Source: Clostridia bacterium
Lineage (GTDB): Bacteria; Bacillota; Clostridia; Oscillospirales; CAG-272
Length of the DNA: 64,000 nucleotides
Direction of reading: 5' to 3'
Assembly (NCBI GenBank): GCA_017408585.1
Contig: JAFQUJ010000017.1
Location: forward strand, 36,782-100,781
Each line of letters begins with the position of its first letter. The stretch's first letter is position 1. Shown here piece by piece: positions 10,296 to 18,403 of this stretch. The notes below the pieces were generated by a model that was given only the letters and a program-made list of their open reading frames with translations, was not told the origin of the DNA and ran no database searches. The position numbers were made by a program, and so were the translations under genes.

Positions 10296-10550
10296 TCACA
10301 ACTCCGCCAATCTTGCGCTGAGCTTGTCGAGCATTTGATCAAACTCACTTTCGCTATAATTTTCCTTTACCAGCTCGTGCATTTCAACCGCAACAAGATT
10401 TTGTTGCCATGTATTAAACGAAAAACGCTCGAAGTTTTCGTGTATAGCCTCGTAGGAGGGAGCGGTTTGGTCCTTCCAAATCGCTCTTAACTCACTTACG
10501 CTATCCTTTAAGTTGAAAATTGACTGGGTAAACTCTCCGTAATTATCCAT
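10296..10550 (-). CDS. WXG100-like protein, 84 aa (W-K-D motif)
   Basis: Helical, 'AIWKDQTA' turn, tight operon packing. Confidence 0.6.
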   Translation of the reverse strand: MDNYGEFTQSIFNLKDSVSELRAIWKDQTAPSYEAIHENFERFSFNTWQQNLVAVEMHELVKENYSESEFDQMLDKLSARLAEL

Positions 10551-10566
10551 ATCTTATCTCTTTAAC

Positions 10567-10851
10567 TTATCCTATATCCTCTGGTCTTGACTCGATTAGT
10601 CTTGCCTTTTCTCTAAAGAATCTTGGGTATTCTCTCTTTATATCGTTCATTATTGATTCAATTCTGCTTTTGAGAGTCCTTACCTCCTCAAGAAGAGGGC
10701 CTATTGTCTGGTCGTCGTCCCACTCACTTTGCAAAGCGCCCATTTTTGAAAGATAATCTGCCATTACCTGTGTTTGAGTTTCGCAATAAAATCCAATATC
10801 GTCCGCAGTTTCATATAGCACTCTCGGGTCCAGCTCTAATATATCGTCCAT
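10567..10851 (-). CDS. WXG100-like protein, 94 aa (W-D-D motif)
   Basis: Central 'SEWDDDQ' at residue ~44; strong AGGAGG RBS. Confidence 0.7.
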   Translation of the reverse strand: MDDILELDPRVLYETADDIGFYCETQTQVMADYLSKMGALQSEWDDDQTIGPLLEEVRTLKSRIESIMNDIKREYPRFFREKARLIESRPEDIG

Positions 10852-10866
10852 ATTATCCCCCTCCTA

Positions 10867-11133
10867 TCAAGTGTTTCTATAATCGTTTATCCATTGGATT
10901 ATTCTTCGACAATAGGTTTCTATTTGCTCCATTTTGTCGCTAACTGTTCTGAGCATGATTTGCATTTCCTCGGATAATTCGAGATACTTTTTTATGGTTG
11001 GATCTTGAAGTCCGGCAAATTTAGCATTAACATCGGAATCAAGAACTCTCATGTTCATTGAAAGATCCTCGGCTGCCTCGTTTGAAAGCTTAATAGCCTC
11101 GTTAGCTGCTCTTTCAGAAATCTTAAATTTCAT
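10867..11133 (-). CDS. WXG100-like protein, 88 aa (L-Q-D turn)
   Basis: Helix-turn-helix pattern with 'GLQDP' at the midpoint; AAGGAG RBS. Confidence 0.6.
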   Translation of the reverse strand: MKFKISERAANEAIKLSNEAAEDLSMNMRVLDSDVNAKFAGLQDPTIKKYLELSEEMQIMLRTVSDKMEQIETYCRRIIQWINDYRNT

Positions 11134-11161
11134 AAAATTCTCCTTGGTGCTCTAAGAGCGT

Positions 11162-11238
11162 TTTATATTTTTATACCGCGTAAGCGTTTGATTTGATCTA
11201 GCTTTTCATTTACTCTGTGTAGGATTTGAGATGCTCCC
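11162..11238 (+). repeat. 77-bp exact direct repeat, copy 1 (copy 2 at 12117-12193)
   Basis: tttatatttttataccgcgtaagcgtttgatttgatctagcttttcatttactctgtgtaggatttgagatgctccc at both positions. Confidence 0.95.
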
Positions 11239-12094
11239 ACCTTTTTATTATTGATTTAATAATCTCTAAGCGTTCATTGTAATCTGCAAAGCCTATTTGA
11301 AGGTAAATGCCATTTCTGCCATAACGAATATCATTAAATAGCGATATTCCTGTTGGAGCATTTTTAAGCTCTTCTGCCCTTTGCAGATCAACATAAAAAC
11401 TCGTTAGCACACTTAAATCAGGGAGAGGAAGGTAGATTTTGCTTCCACATTGGCTAAGCACGGTGGTTCTTGTTATTGGATATTTTATAATGATACTACT
11501 GCTCAACGACATAACCACATTTATTCCAAATCGTCTTCCACACTTAAGTAAGAACTGCAGGCGATCAATTATACAGCTTCTTGTATTTTCATTTTCAAGA
11601 ACAAGATCAACCTCATCAATAACAATAAGAATTCTTGACTTTGCGACATATTGAGAGAGGGTTAGTCCCTGTTCTTTGCATTCCTGACCTCGACGCATAA
11701 TCTCCTCTTCAAGTTCGCAAAGAGCAGACTTGGTCGCGTCCATACCGCGAGCTACAAGTTTAATATGGGGCAAGTGCAGATTTTCATAGCACTCAAATTC
11801 CACGCTTCCCTTAGGATCTAAAAGGTAAACATTTAATTCATTGGGGCTGTATTTATAACATGCACTCATGATAAGAGTGTGAATAAAGTTGCTTTTTCCA
11901 CTTTTTTCTCCACCGAGCACCATCGCGTTCATTTGATTTTCTATCAGATCCAAGGAATGTACTCCCTCGTTTGACATACCAATTGGAATTCTTAATCCCT
12001 CCGACGCTGATATGCTTTCGGTATGCGTATCAATATGTGACAAAAGCGTTTCAACACATACGATATGAGATGCATCAGAACTTGTAAAATCCAT
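11210..12094 (-). CDS. Single-domain FtsK/SpoIIIE-family ATPase, divergent paralogue of the central domain of 12399-15980
   Basis: Walker A GGEKSGKS, Walker B IVIDE; shares 'IMSACYKYSP.ELN.YLLD.K' and 'NDIRYG' with the large ATPase. Confidence 0.8.
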   Translation of the reverse strand: MDFTSSDASHIVCVETLLSHIDTHTESISASEGLRIPIGMSNEGVHSLDLIENQMNAMVLGGEKSGKSNFIHTLIMSACYKYSPNELNVYLLDPKGSVEFECYENLHLPHIKLVARGMDATKSALCELEEEIMRRGQECKEQGLTLSQYVAKSRILIVIDEVDLVLENENTRSCIIDRLQFLLKCGRRFGINVVMSLSSSIIIKYPITRTTVLSQCGSKIYLPLPDLSVLTSFYVDLQRAEELKNAPTGISLFNDIRYGRNGIYLQIGFADYNERLEIIKSIIKRWEHLKSYTE

Positions 12095-12116
12095 ACCTTT
12101 TCTTTCCTATTCTTTA

Positions 12117-12193
12117 TTTATATTTTTATACCGCGTAAGCGTTTGATTTGATCTAGCTTTTCATTTACTCTGTGTAGGATTTGAGATGCTCCC
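12117..12193 (+). repeat. 77-bp exact direct repeat, copy 2 (the 3' end of the 92-aa gene)
   Basis: Identical to 11162-11238. Confidence 0.95.
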
Positions 12194-12396
12194 TGCTCAA
12201 TGGTATCTATATCTGCCATAAAAGAGCTTATGGCAGATAATAGATTTTCATAGTCCTCGTCATCCCAATCTCCGTTGTTTGATTGGATTCGTTTTAGCGT
12301 CTCATCGAGCGCTTCCTTTATTCCCTGAGTATATGTGCTAATGCTTAACGATGTAATCTCTAAGGCTTGCTCGTCAATGATTACGGTTTCACTCAT
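12118..12396 (-). CDS. WXG100-like protein, 92 aa (W-D-D motif)
   Basis: 'GDWDDEDY' at residue ~44; starts 2 bp after the FtsK stop. Confidence 0.7.
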   Translation of the reverse strand: MSETVIIDEQALEITSLSISTYTQGIKEALDETLKRIQSNNGDWDDEDYENLLSAISSFMADIDTIEQGASQILHRVNEKLDQIKRLRGIKI

Positions 12397-12398
12397 TA

Positions 12399-15300
12399 TT
12401 AGCCTCCAAGCTTTCTGTAGGTTTCACATAGCTTCTTATACCACTCGCTATCCACATCTGCATTATAACGATAGATTCTAATCTTGGTGGTTTCGTCAGC
12501 GTTTGCAACAATTGCAACCTTTGGATTGTTAAGTCCACTTGTTACCTTAAGATTGCTCATGAGGTGTGATACAGAGCTTGAATCAACACCCTTTGTCAAA
12601 ATCTTATATGTCATACTGCTACCAAGCTCATTTCTGATTGCAGAAATGGTTGAGGTATTGTTGATAGAAATGATAAAGTGAATTCCATACTGTCCACCCT
12701 TTTCAAGCAAGTCCTTAAATGCGGTAGCGAAAGAAATTCTATCGGGCATTTTTGAAGAGCTTGGTGTAGCGACAGATGAAGGTGCAGAGTTTCTGTTTTT
12801 GAACTTGCTACGAGCAGCGTCAGCAGAGCTTCCACCACTTGTTGTAGCCGGTTCCTCTTGTACCTCTGTTTCCTCGCTGAGAATAAGAGTTGGGTTTTCG
12901 TTAAAGAGGTCTGCGTATCTTTGGATAGAGTGAATAACGACATATCTTGGTGAGTTGTCGCTGATTTCTCCACCGAGAACATCACGCTCGTTATCTCTTT
13001 CCTTATAAAGCTTAAAGAGAGTCTTTATGCAGTTCTTGAGTGCCTCGGTCGAGGATACGGTTTCAACAACATTAGGAAAGTCGTCGCGTATTACATTGAA
13101 GAGGTCGCTCTTGTTCTCGGAGTTTATCATTTCTCCGTTTGCACAGTAAATCTTAGCTCCCTTTTGAGCGCAATCGGCATCAGTTAGTCTATTCGCTACA
13201 AGTGAAAGAAGTGAGAAACCCATCATATCTCTGATAACCTCAATATCGATACCTGCCAAAAGCATATTCATCTTTTCGCCGTCATTTCTCATATCGATAT
13301 TAAATGGCTTTCCTGTTACATAGTCTTGACCTAGCTGTAGTCTGTAGCTCTTCTTCTCTTGCTCGAGCTGTGGAGCAACAGTATAAATAGTTGTTCCCTC
13401 AACAGGTGATGGATCTTCGTTTCCACCGACAATAAACATAGGCTCTTGAGGTATGCTATCTGTAACCTTCTTCCATTTCTTAGTAATTTCTGTGGAGAAG
13501 CTTACACGCTCCTCTACGCTATATGCATAAGCGACACGGAACTCTACGCTATTGTTACCATAACGAATATCGTTGATAACACCAAGACCCTTTTCCGGTC
13601 TGTTAAGGTTTTTAACTGCTTTTGGATCGATTTTGATTTCCAACGCCTCATCCGGCTCGTTAAGACGCAAGCTGATTCTGTTTCCAATATGGTTGAGGAC
13701 CTCCTCGCGAAGTCTTGGGAACTTTGGAACATTTTGTGATGCCCAGAGAATGTTGATACCAAATGCACGGCCCTCTCTGAATAGGAAGCCAAGAGATTTG
13801 ATTGCCTCTGCGCCCGCCTGCTCGTCTGCGAAAAGAACCTGAATTTCGTCGATGATAACAAGAATTCTTGGCATCTTATAGCCCTTAGCAACATATTGAA
13901 CGATATCGGAAACTCCACACTCCTTGAACAGATTTCCTCTGCGCTCCTTCTCAATCATAAGGTTCTTGAAGATAGCAAGAGCGGAGTTGATGTCCTCGCG
14001 AAGATCAACACCCAAAAGCTTGATGTGAGGTAGGCGATGATTTTCGTAATACTTAAATTCTACGCCCTCCTTCAAGTCGAGAAGGTAAATGTTGAGCTCC
14101 TCGGGGCTATACTTATAGCAGGCACTCATAATGATAGCATGGAGAAGGTTAGATTTACCTGAACCGGTACCACCGATTGCAACTGCGTGAGCAGAGCCGT
14201 CGCCTGCGGTTTTAAGGACAAGGCTTTGTACCTCTGCACCTCTTTTACCAATAGGAATGTCGAGAACCTCTGCAGTTGGAGCGATACCCTTGGGGCTCTT
14301 AAGTCGAGCGTTGGTGTCGTCGAACATTTCTTCAAGATAAATTGGCTTACTTGCGATTTCTTGTGCGTGATCCTTCATCATTTCGATAATTGAATCAAGC
14401 TGTGAAACGCTAATGTCGCGCTTTGGCTCAAAGTAGTTGCTTACTCCAAGAGAAAGCTCAAATCTATTGCCTATTTTATTAATCACAAGAGCGCTCTTTG
14501 ATGCGGATTCAACAAAGCGCTGATGCTCAGCAGGCTTATACATAGAGCCTAGGGAGCAAGCCTTGTTGTTTATAATAATGCTAAATACGCCCGTCTTGTT
14601 TCCGGCTTGCATAAGTCTAAGGAGCTTCTTTGAGGTTTCATCTCTTAAGCCTGATGGATAGTTAGCAAGAACAAATAGATAAACATTTTGAGGGTTAGCC
14701 TGGAATTTTGAGTTGTACTCGTAAATATCCGAAACGCTATTGTAACTTAGAACCTCGTCATTAATTTTGTTCATTCTCTGCTCCATATCCTTGATGGTGT
14801 CCTCAAGCTGACGGTCATCACGAATAATTCCGCTGAGCAAAATTCCGTTACTTATTTTAGTTAGCTTTGCAAAATGTGAAAATTCCATTACATTATCAAT
14901 ATCCACTAGACAGAAATTAATTCTGTTTGCAGGGAATGACAAAAGGAATTGAATTATAAGCTGATTTACGAAATTTATCGTTTTCTCGGAGTAGTTTTCC
15001 TCGTCGATATTAAGCATGATATTTCCACACTTTTTAAGGTCGAGAACAAGAGGTGCGCTCAGGTGTCCCATCTCTAGATATCTGTCAAGAATTGGGCTAT
15101 CAGCAATATAGCCAAGATGCTTTAGGTTATCCTCAACAAGAAGCTTAATATCACCGATATTGATGCTTTGATTATAGGTATCCGTTCCTGCTACAATATC
15201 AACATCAGATTTCTTTCCGTCCTCTTCAAGCTCTACAAAAAACTTCTTTGGAATTGCCTCTACGCTTTCATCAACAAATAGCTCGTCAAAGCGCTTGGAA

Positions 15301-15980
15301 TATGTTGCGCGAAGCTTTGATTCAAACTCGGCAAGCCATGCGTTTGCGCTTCCTCCAACAAAGGAATTAAAGCCTGCGATATTGAATTTCTTATCGTAAA
15401 GCGCAATCAATGCGTCAATGCAAGCAATTGCCTTTTTACAGCAAGGGAAAATTTCGGATACGATGTTGGCAATTGGGCGTGGGTCATTAATTTGCTTCCT
15501 TTGTTTTGCGCCTGTGTCATATTTGGTTACATTTTGATGGTTACCTGTGTAGGTGATAAAGGTTTCTCCATCAACCTCAACCTTGATAGGTGGAACCAGC
15601 GCATCAAAGTCAACTGAATTTAGCTTTGCTATGCAATCGTTTATCTTGTCAAGAAGCTCGTGAAGAATCCTTTCGTTTTCCTCGTAGCTCTTGCGAGAAT
15701 ATTCCTTTGTGTCAACGCTTGTGCGATTCCACTCGTCCTTATAGTCTTTGCATAGAAGCTCGACTAAGTCGTTTATATCTTCTTGAATGCTGATAAAGTG
15801 CGTCGCCTTAAACTCCTCGTACTTTTGCTTCATTTCAGCTATCATTTCAGCTGACGCTCTCTCGATTGATCTCTTTTCGTTTGAGTATTGATTTGTCAAT
15901 CTCGCTTCAAGATTATCAATTTCAATACAATGGGAGTTGATTTTTCTAATCACTTCCATAATTTTGGTAATTTCTATCAT
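12399..15980 (-). CDS. FtsK/SpoIIIE-family (EccC/EssC-like) multi-domain ATPase, 1193 aa
   Basis: Coiled-coil N-terminus; degenerate first ATPase-like domain; intact central domain (GGTGSGKS, LVIIDEIQ, GRAFGI); degenerate third domain; no obvious transmembrane helix. Confidence 0.85.
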   Translation of the reverse strand: MIEITKIMEVIRKINSHCIEIDNLEARLTNQYSNEKRSIERASAEMIAEMKQKYEEFKATHFISIQEDINDLVELLCKDYKDEWNRTSVDTKEYSRKSYEENERILHELLDKINDCIAKLNSVDFDALVPPIKVEVDGETFITYTGNHQNVTKYDTGAKQRKQINDPRPIANIVSEIFPCCKKAIACIDALIALYDKKFNIAGFNSFVGGSANAWLAEFESKLRATYSKRFDELFVDESVEAIPKKFFVELEEDGKKSDVDIVAGTDTYNQSINIGDIKLLVEDNLKHLGYIADSPILDRYLEMGHLSAPLVLDLKKCGNIMLNIDEENYSEKTINFVNQLIIQFLLSFPANRINFCLVDIDNVMEFSHFAKLTKISNGILLSGIIRDDRQLEDTIKDMEQRMNKINDEVLSYNSVSDIYEYNSKFQANPQNVYLFVLANYPSGLRDETSKKLLRLMQAGNKTGVFSIIINNKACSLGSMYKPAEHQRFVESASKSALVINKIGNRFELSLGVSNYFEPKRDISVSQLDSIIEMMKDHAQEIASKPIYLEEMFDDTNARLKSPKGIAPTAEVLDIPIGKRGAEVQSLVLKTAGDGSAHAVAIGGTGSGKSNLLHAIIMSACYKYSPEELNIYLLDLKEGVEFKYYENHRLPHIKLLGVDLREDINSALAIFKNLMIEKERRGNLFKECGVSDIVQYVAKGYKMPRILVIIDEIQVLFADEQAGAEAIKSLGFLFREGRAFGINILWASQNVPKFPRLREEVLNHIGNRISLRLNEPDEALEIKIDPKAVKNLNRPEKGLGVINDIRYGNNSVEFRVAYAYSVEERVSFSTEITKKWKKVTDSIPQEPMFIVGGNEDPSPVEGTTIYTVAPQLEQEKKSYRLQLGQDYVTGKPFNIDMRNDGEKMNMLLAGIDIEVIRDMMGFSLLSLVANRLTDADCAQKGAKIYCANGEMINSENKSDLFNVIRDDFPNVVETVSSTEALKNCIKTLFKLYKERDNERDVLGGEISDNSPRYVVIHSIQRYADLFNENPTLILSEETEVQEEPATTSGGSSADAARSKFKNRNSAPSSVATPSSSKMPDRISFATAFKDLLEKGGQYGIHFIISINNTSTISAIRNELGSSMTYKILTKGVDSSSVSHLMSNLKVTSGLNNPKVAIVANADETTKIRIYRYNADVDSEWYKKLCETYRKLGG

Positions 15981-16025
15981 AATTAATCTCCTATTTCAAT
16001 GTTTTGTTTTTGTTAAATTTTTAAG

Positions 16026-16376
16026 CTAAGCGATTTTTCTCTCGCTCTCAAAAAAGAACAGTAATCTAACCACTCTTTCCTTGCGTCGTCTTAGCGCCTC
16101 GCTCATCTCATAGGCGTAACGCATATTTCCTTCTGCGATGGTGGCAAGCGTGTTGCGTAGCCCTTGTTGCTTGCGCTTGTAGGCGCGTAGCCTCTTAACA
16201 TATTCCTTAGTCGAGGAAATGCTATCCGGCTCTCTCTTATAAGGAGAGGGCGCATCGCCTAGGTACATATCAAAATATGTCTTATCGACAGTATCTAATA
16301 CGCTATTTTTGAAGCACTCGCCAAAACAGCTAATAGGTGGCGAGGTGGCTCTGTATTGTCCTGTTGTGTTTTTCAT
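16026..16376 (-). CDS. Hypothetical basic protein, 116 aa, first gene of the ESX-like operon
   Basis: ATG with AAGGA RBS downstream of a consensus promoter. Confidence 0.55.
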   Translation of the reverse strand: MKNTTGQYRATSPPISCFGECFKNSVLDTVDKTYFDMYLGDAPSPYKREPDSISSTKEYVKRLRAYKRKQQGLRNTLATIAEGNMRYAYEMSEALRRRKERVVRLLFFFESERKIA

Positions 16377-16446
16377 ATATCTTCCTTTATGTAATCCTTT
16401 AAGTTTTGTTTATATTCACTTTGCTTTCACAAAAAGCTCAATATAT

Positions 16447-16476
16447 ATTATACTATAATAAATATATAATTGTCAA
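16447..16476 (-). promoter_or_regulatory. Sigma-A promoter of the ESX-like operon
   Basis: TTGACA (16476-16471), 18 bp, TATAAT (16452-16447) on the minus strand. Confidence 0.7.
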
Positions 16477-16616
16477 TATGCACAATAAACAAAGCCCCCC
16501 CCCCCATTTTTTGTGCATTTTATACAAAAACTCCAAAATTTTGATACTTTCAACAAATTTATTCTTGTCGATTTTTAAAATTATTTAGAATGTGCAAAAA
16601 ATGGTACATATATCAT

Positions 16617-16645
16617 TTGACAGGGCACTTAATATATGGTACAAT
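16617..16645 (+). promoter_or_regulatory. Sigma-A promoter of the MBL-WYL unit
   Basis: TTGACA, 17 bp ending in TG-N, TACAAT. Confidence 0.75.
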
Positions 16646-16663
16646 TATTACGAGGTGATTAAG

Positions 16664-17260
16664 ATGATTAAATGCTTTTATGGTGGCGTTCTAGACTCAA
16701 ACGCCTATCTTTTATATGATGGTGGCGAGGCGATGCTAATTGACTGTGGAGTTGCCCCTCAAAAAATTTGCGAATTTTTGCGTGAAAGCTCCCTTAAATT
16801 AAAGTACATTATCCTAACTCATGGGCATTTTGACCATGTGGAATATTCCGAGGAATACGAAAAGCTTTTCCCTGATGCTATGGTGCTTTGCCATAAGGAC
16901 GAAATTCCCGTTTTACGCGACCCTGTGGCTAATGTTACTGCTCTTTTCTCGGCTGGGCGCACATACGAGCTTAGCGCCCACGCCCTAGAGGGTGGCGAGA
17001 GGCTATTTATCGGCAACACAGAGGTGGAAATCATACACACCCCCGGACATTCTGTCGGTGGAATATGTATTTTTTGTCCTAAGGAGAATGCTATTTTTGT
17101 GGGTGATACTCTATTTCGTAACGGATATGGCAGAACTGATTTTAAGGGTGGGAGCATGACGCTTCTTCGCGCCTCGCTCAAATTATTGTTCTCGCTTGAT
17201 GGTAGCATAGAGGTTTACTCGGGACATGGTCCTAAAACGACAATAGGTCAGGAGAGTTAA
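16664..17260 (+). CDS. MBL-fold metallo-hydrolase (glyoxalase II/YcbL-like)
   Basis: THGHFDH, HTPGHS, GDTLF and GHG motifs; ATG 16664 with GAGGTG RBS. Confidence 0.9.
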   Translation: MIKCFYGGVLDSNAYLLYDGGEAMLIDCGVAPQKICEFLRESSLKLKYIILTHGHFDHVEYSEEYEKLFPDAMVLCHKDEIPVLRDPVANVTALFSAGRTYELSAHALEGGERLFIGNTEVEIIHTPGHSVGGICIFCPKENAIFVGDTLFRNGYGRTDFKGGSMTLLRASLKLLFSLDGSIEVYSGHGPKTTIGQES

Positions 17261-17261
17261 A

Positions 17262-18260
17262 ATGGATTCACTTGAAAAAAAGAAGCTTGCGCTCCTTAGA
17301 ATTTTACAGATTTTATGGCGTGACAGTGACGAAAATCACCCTCTTATGCAAGAGGATATTATACGAATTCTCGACACAGAGTACGGTGTTTTAGTTGACA
17401 GACGCACAATTGGACGCAATATTGCGCTCTTAAAGGATGCGGGATTTGAGATTGAGTCCACAAGGCGTGGCTCTTATCTTGTACAGAGAGTCTTTGAGGA
17501 TAGCGAGCTACGACTTTTGATTGATAGCGTGCTTGCCAGCGCACACATAAGCCCAAGTCACTCTAAGGCTATAATTGAAAAGCTATGCTCTCTTTCGTGC
17601 AAGCATTTCAAAAGGCATGTAAAAAACATCTATTCAGTAAATGACTGGGGAAAAAGCGACAGCCCTCTTTTGTTTTTCAATATTGAAATAATTGACGAGG
17701 CAATTGAGCGTGGCCTTATGCTTTCCTTTGATTATAATAAGTATTCCTCGGATAAGCGCCTACATAAGTCGGCATCTCACATCGTAAGCCCTTACCAGAT
17801 GCTCCTTCACAATCAGCACTATTATCTTATGGCGCTAAACGAAAAATGGGGAAACATTACCTTTTATAGAATGGATAGAATTATGAACATCGCTCTTACC
17901 ACCAAACCACTAACTCCCTTGCGCTCGGTAAAGGGATACGAGGGTGGAATTGATTATAAAAAAATTGCGTGCTCTCTTCCCTATATGTTCACCGACGAGC
18001 CAAGGCGAATAACCTTTGTCGCAAAGGAGTGGGCAATTGATCAAATCGTCGATTGGTTTGGGCGTGATATTACGATTACTCCCGAGGGCGAGGACCTTCG
18101 CGTTAGTGTTTTGGCAAGCCCTAACGCTATGCTCTATTGGTGCTTGCAGTATTCGGGCGCAGTTGAGGTAATAGAGCCACAGGATCTAAGAGAAAGGGTA
18201 AAAAATGCACTACGAGAGGCACTCGAAAAATACGAAAAACAGCCCTCTCCAAATAGATAA
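17262..18260 (+). CDS. WYL-domain transcriptional regulator (wHTH-WYL-WCX)
   Basis: N-terminal HTH (VDRRTIGRNIALL); WYL core 'VSPY...YYLMA...FYRMDRI'; C-terminal 'VEVIEPQDLRERV'. Confidence 0.9.
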   Translation: MDSLEKKKLALLRILQILWRDSDENHPLMQEDIIRILDTEYGVLVDRRTIGRNIALLKDAGFEIESTRRGSYLVQRVFEDSELRLLIDSVLASAHISPSHSKAIIEKLCSLSCKHFKRHVKNIYSVNDWGKSDSPLLFFNIEIIDEAIERGLMLSFDYNKYSSDKRLHKSASHIVSPYQMLLHNQHYYLMALNEKWGNITFYRMDRIMNIALTTKPLTPLRSVKGYEGGIDYKKIACSLPYMFTDEPRRITFVAKEWAIDQIVDWFGRDITITPEGEDLRVSVLASPNAMLYWCLQYSGAVEVIEPQDLRERVKNALREALEKYEKQPSPNR

Positions 18261-18263
18261 AAG

Positions 18264-18371
18264 TGTCCCAAATTTTGGGACATTTTCTATCCTTATCTAT
18301 GTTACAATGCTATATGTAGTAATTGGCTTCAGACTTGTGTGCCAAATTTGGCTCATTATATATGAGATAAT
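18264..18371 (+). promoter_or_regulatory. Tandem promoters with palindromic operators upstream of the helicase operon
   Basis: TGTCCCA-AATTT-TGGGACA (18264-18282) then TGtTACAAT (18300-18308); TGTGCCAAATTTGGCTCA (18338-18355), 10 nt, GATAAT (18366-18371). Confidence 0.6.
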
Positions 18372-18403
18372 ATTGGCACTTAGTAAGGGAAAGGATGATT
18401 TGA

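Noticed and set aside
12399-15980. Cell-division FtsK/SpoIIIE
   Set aside because: No N-terminal TM domain or gamma domain; it has a multi-domain layout and WXG-like neighbours
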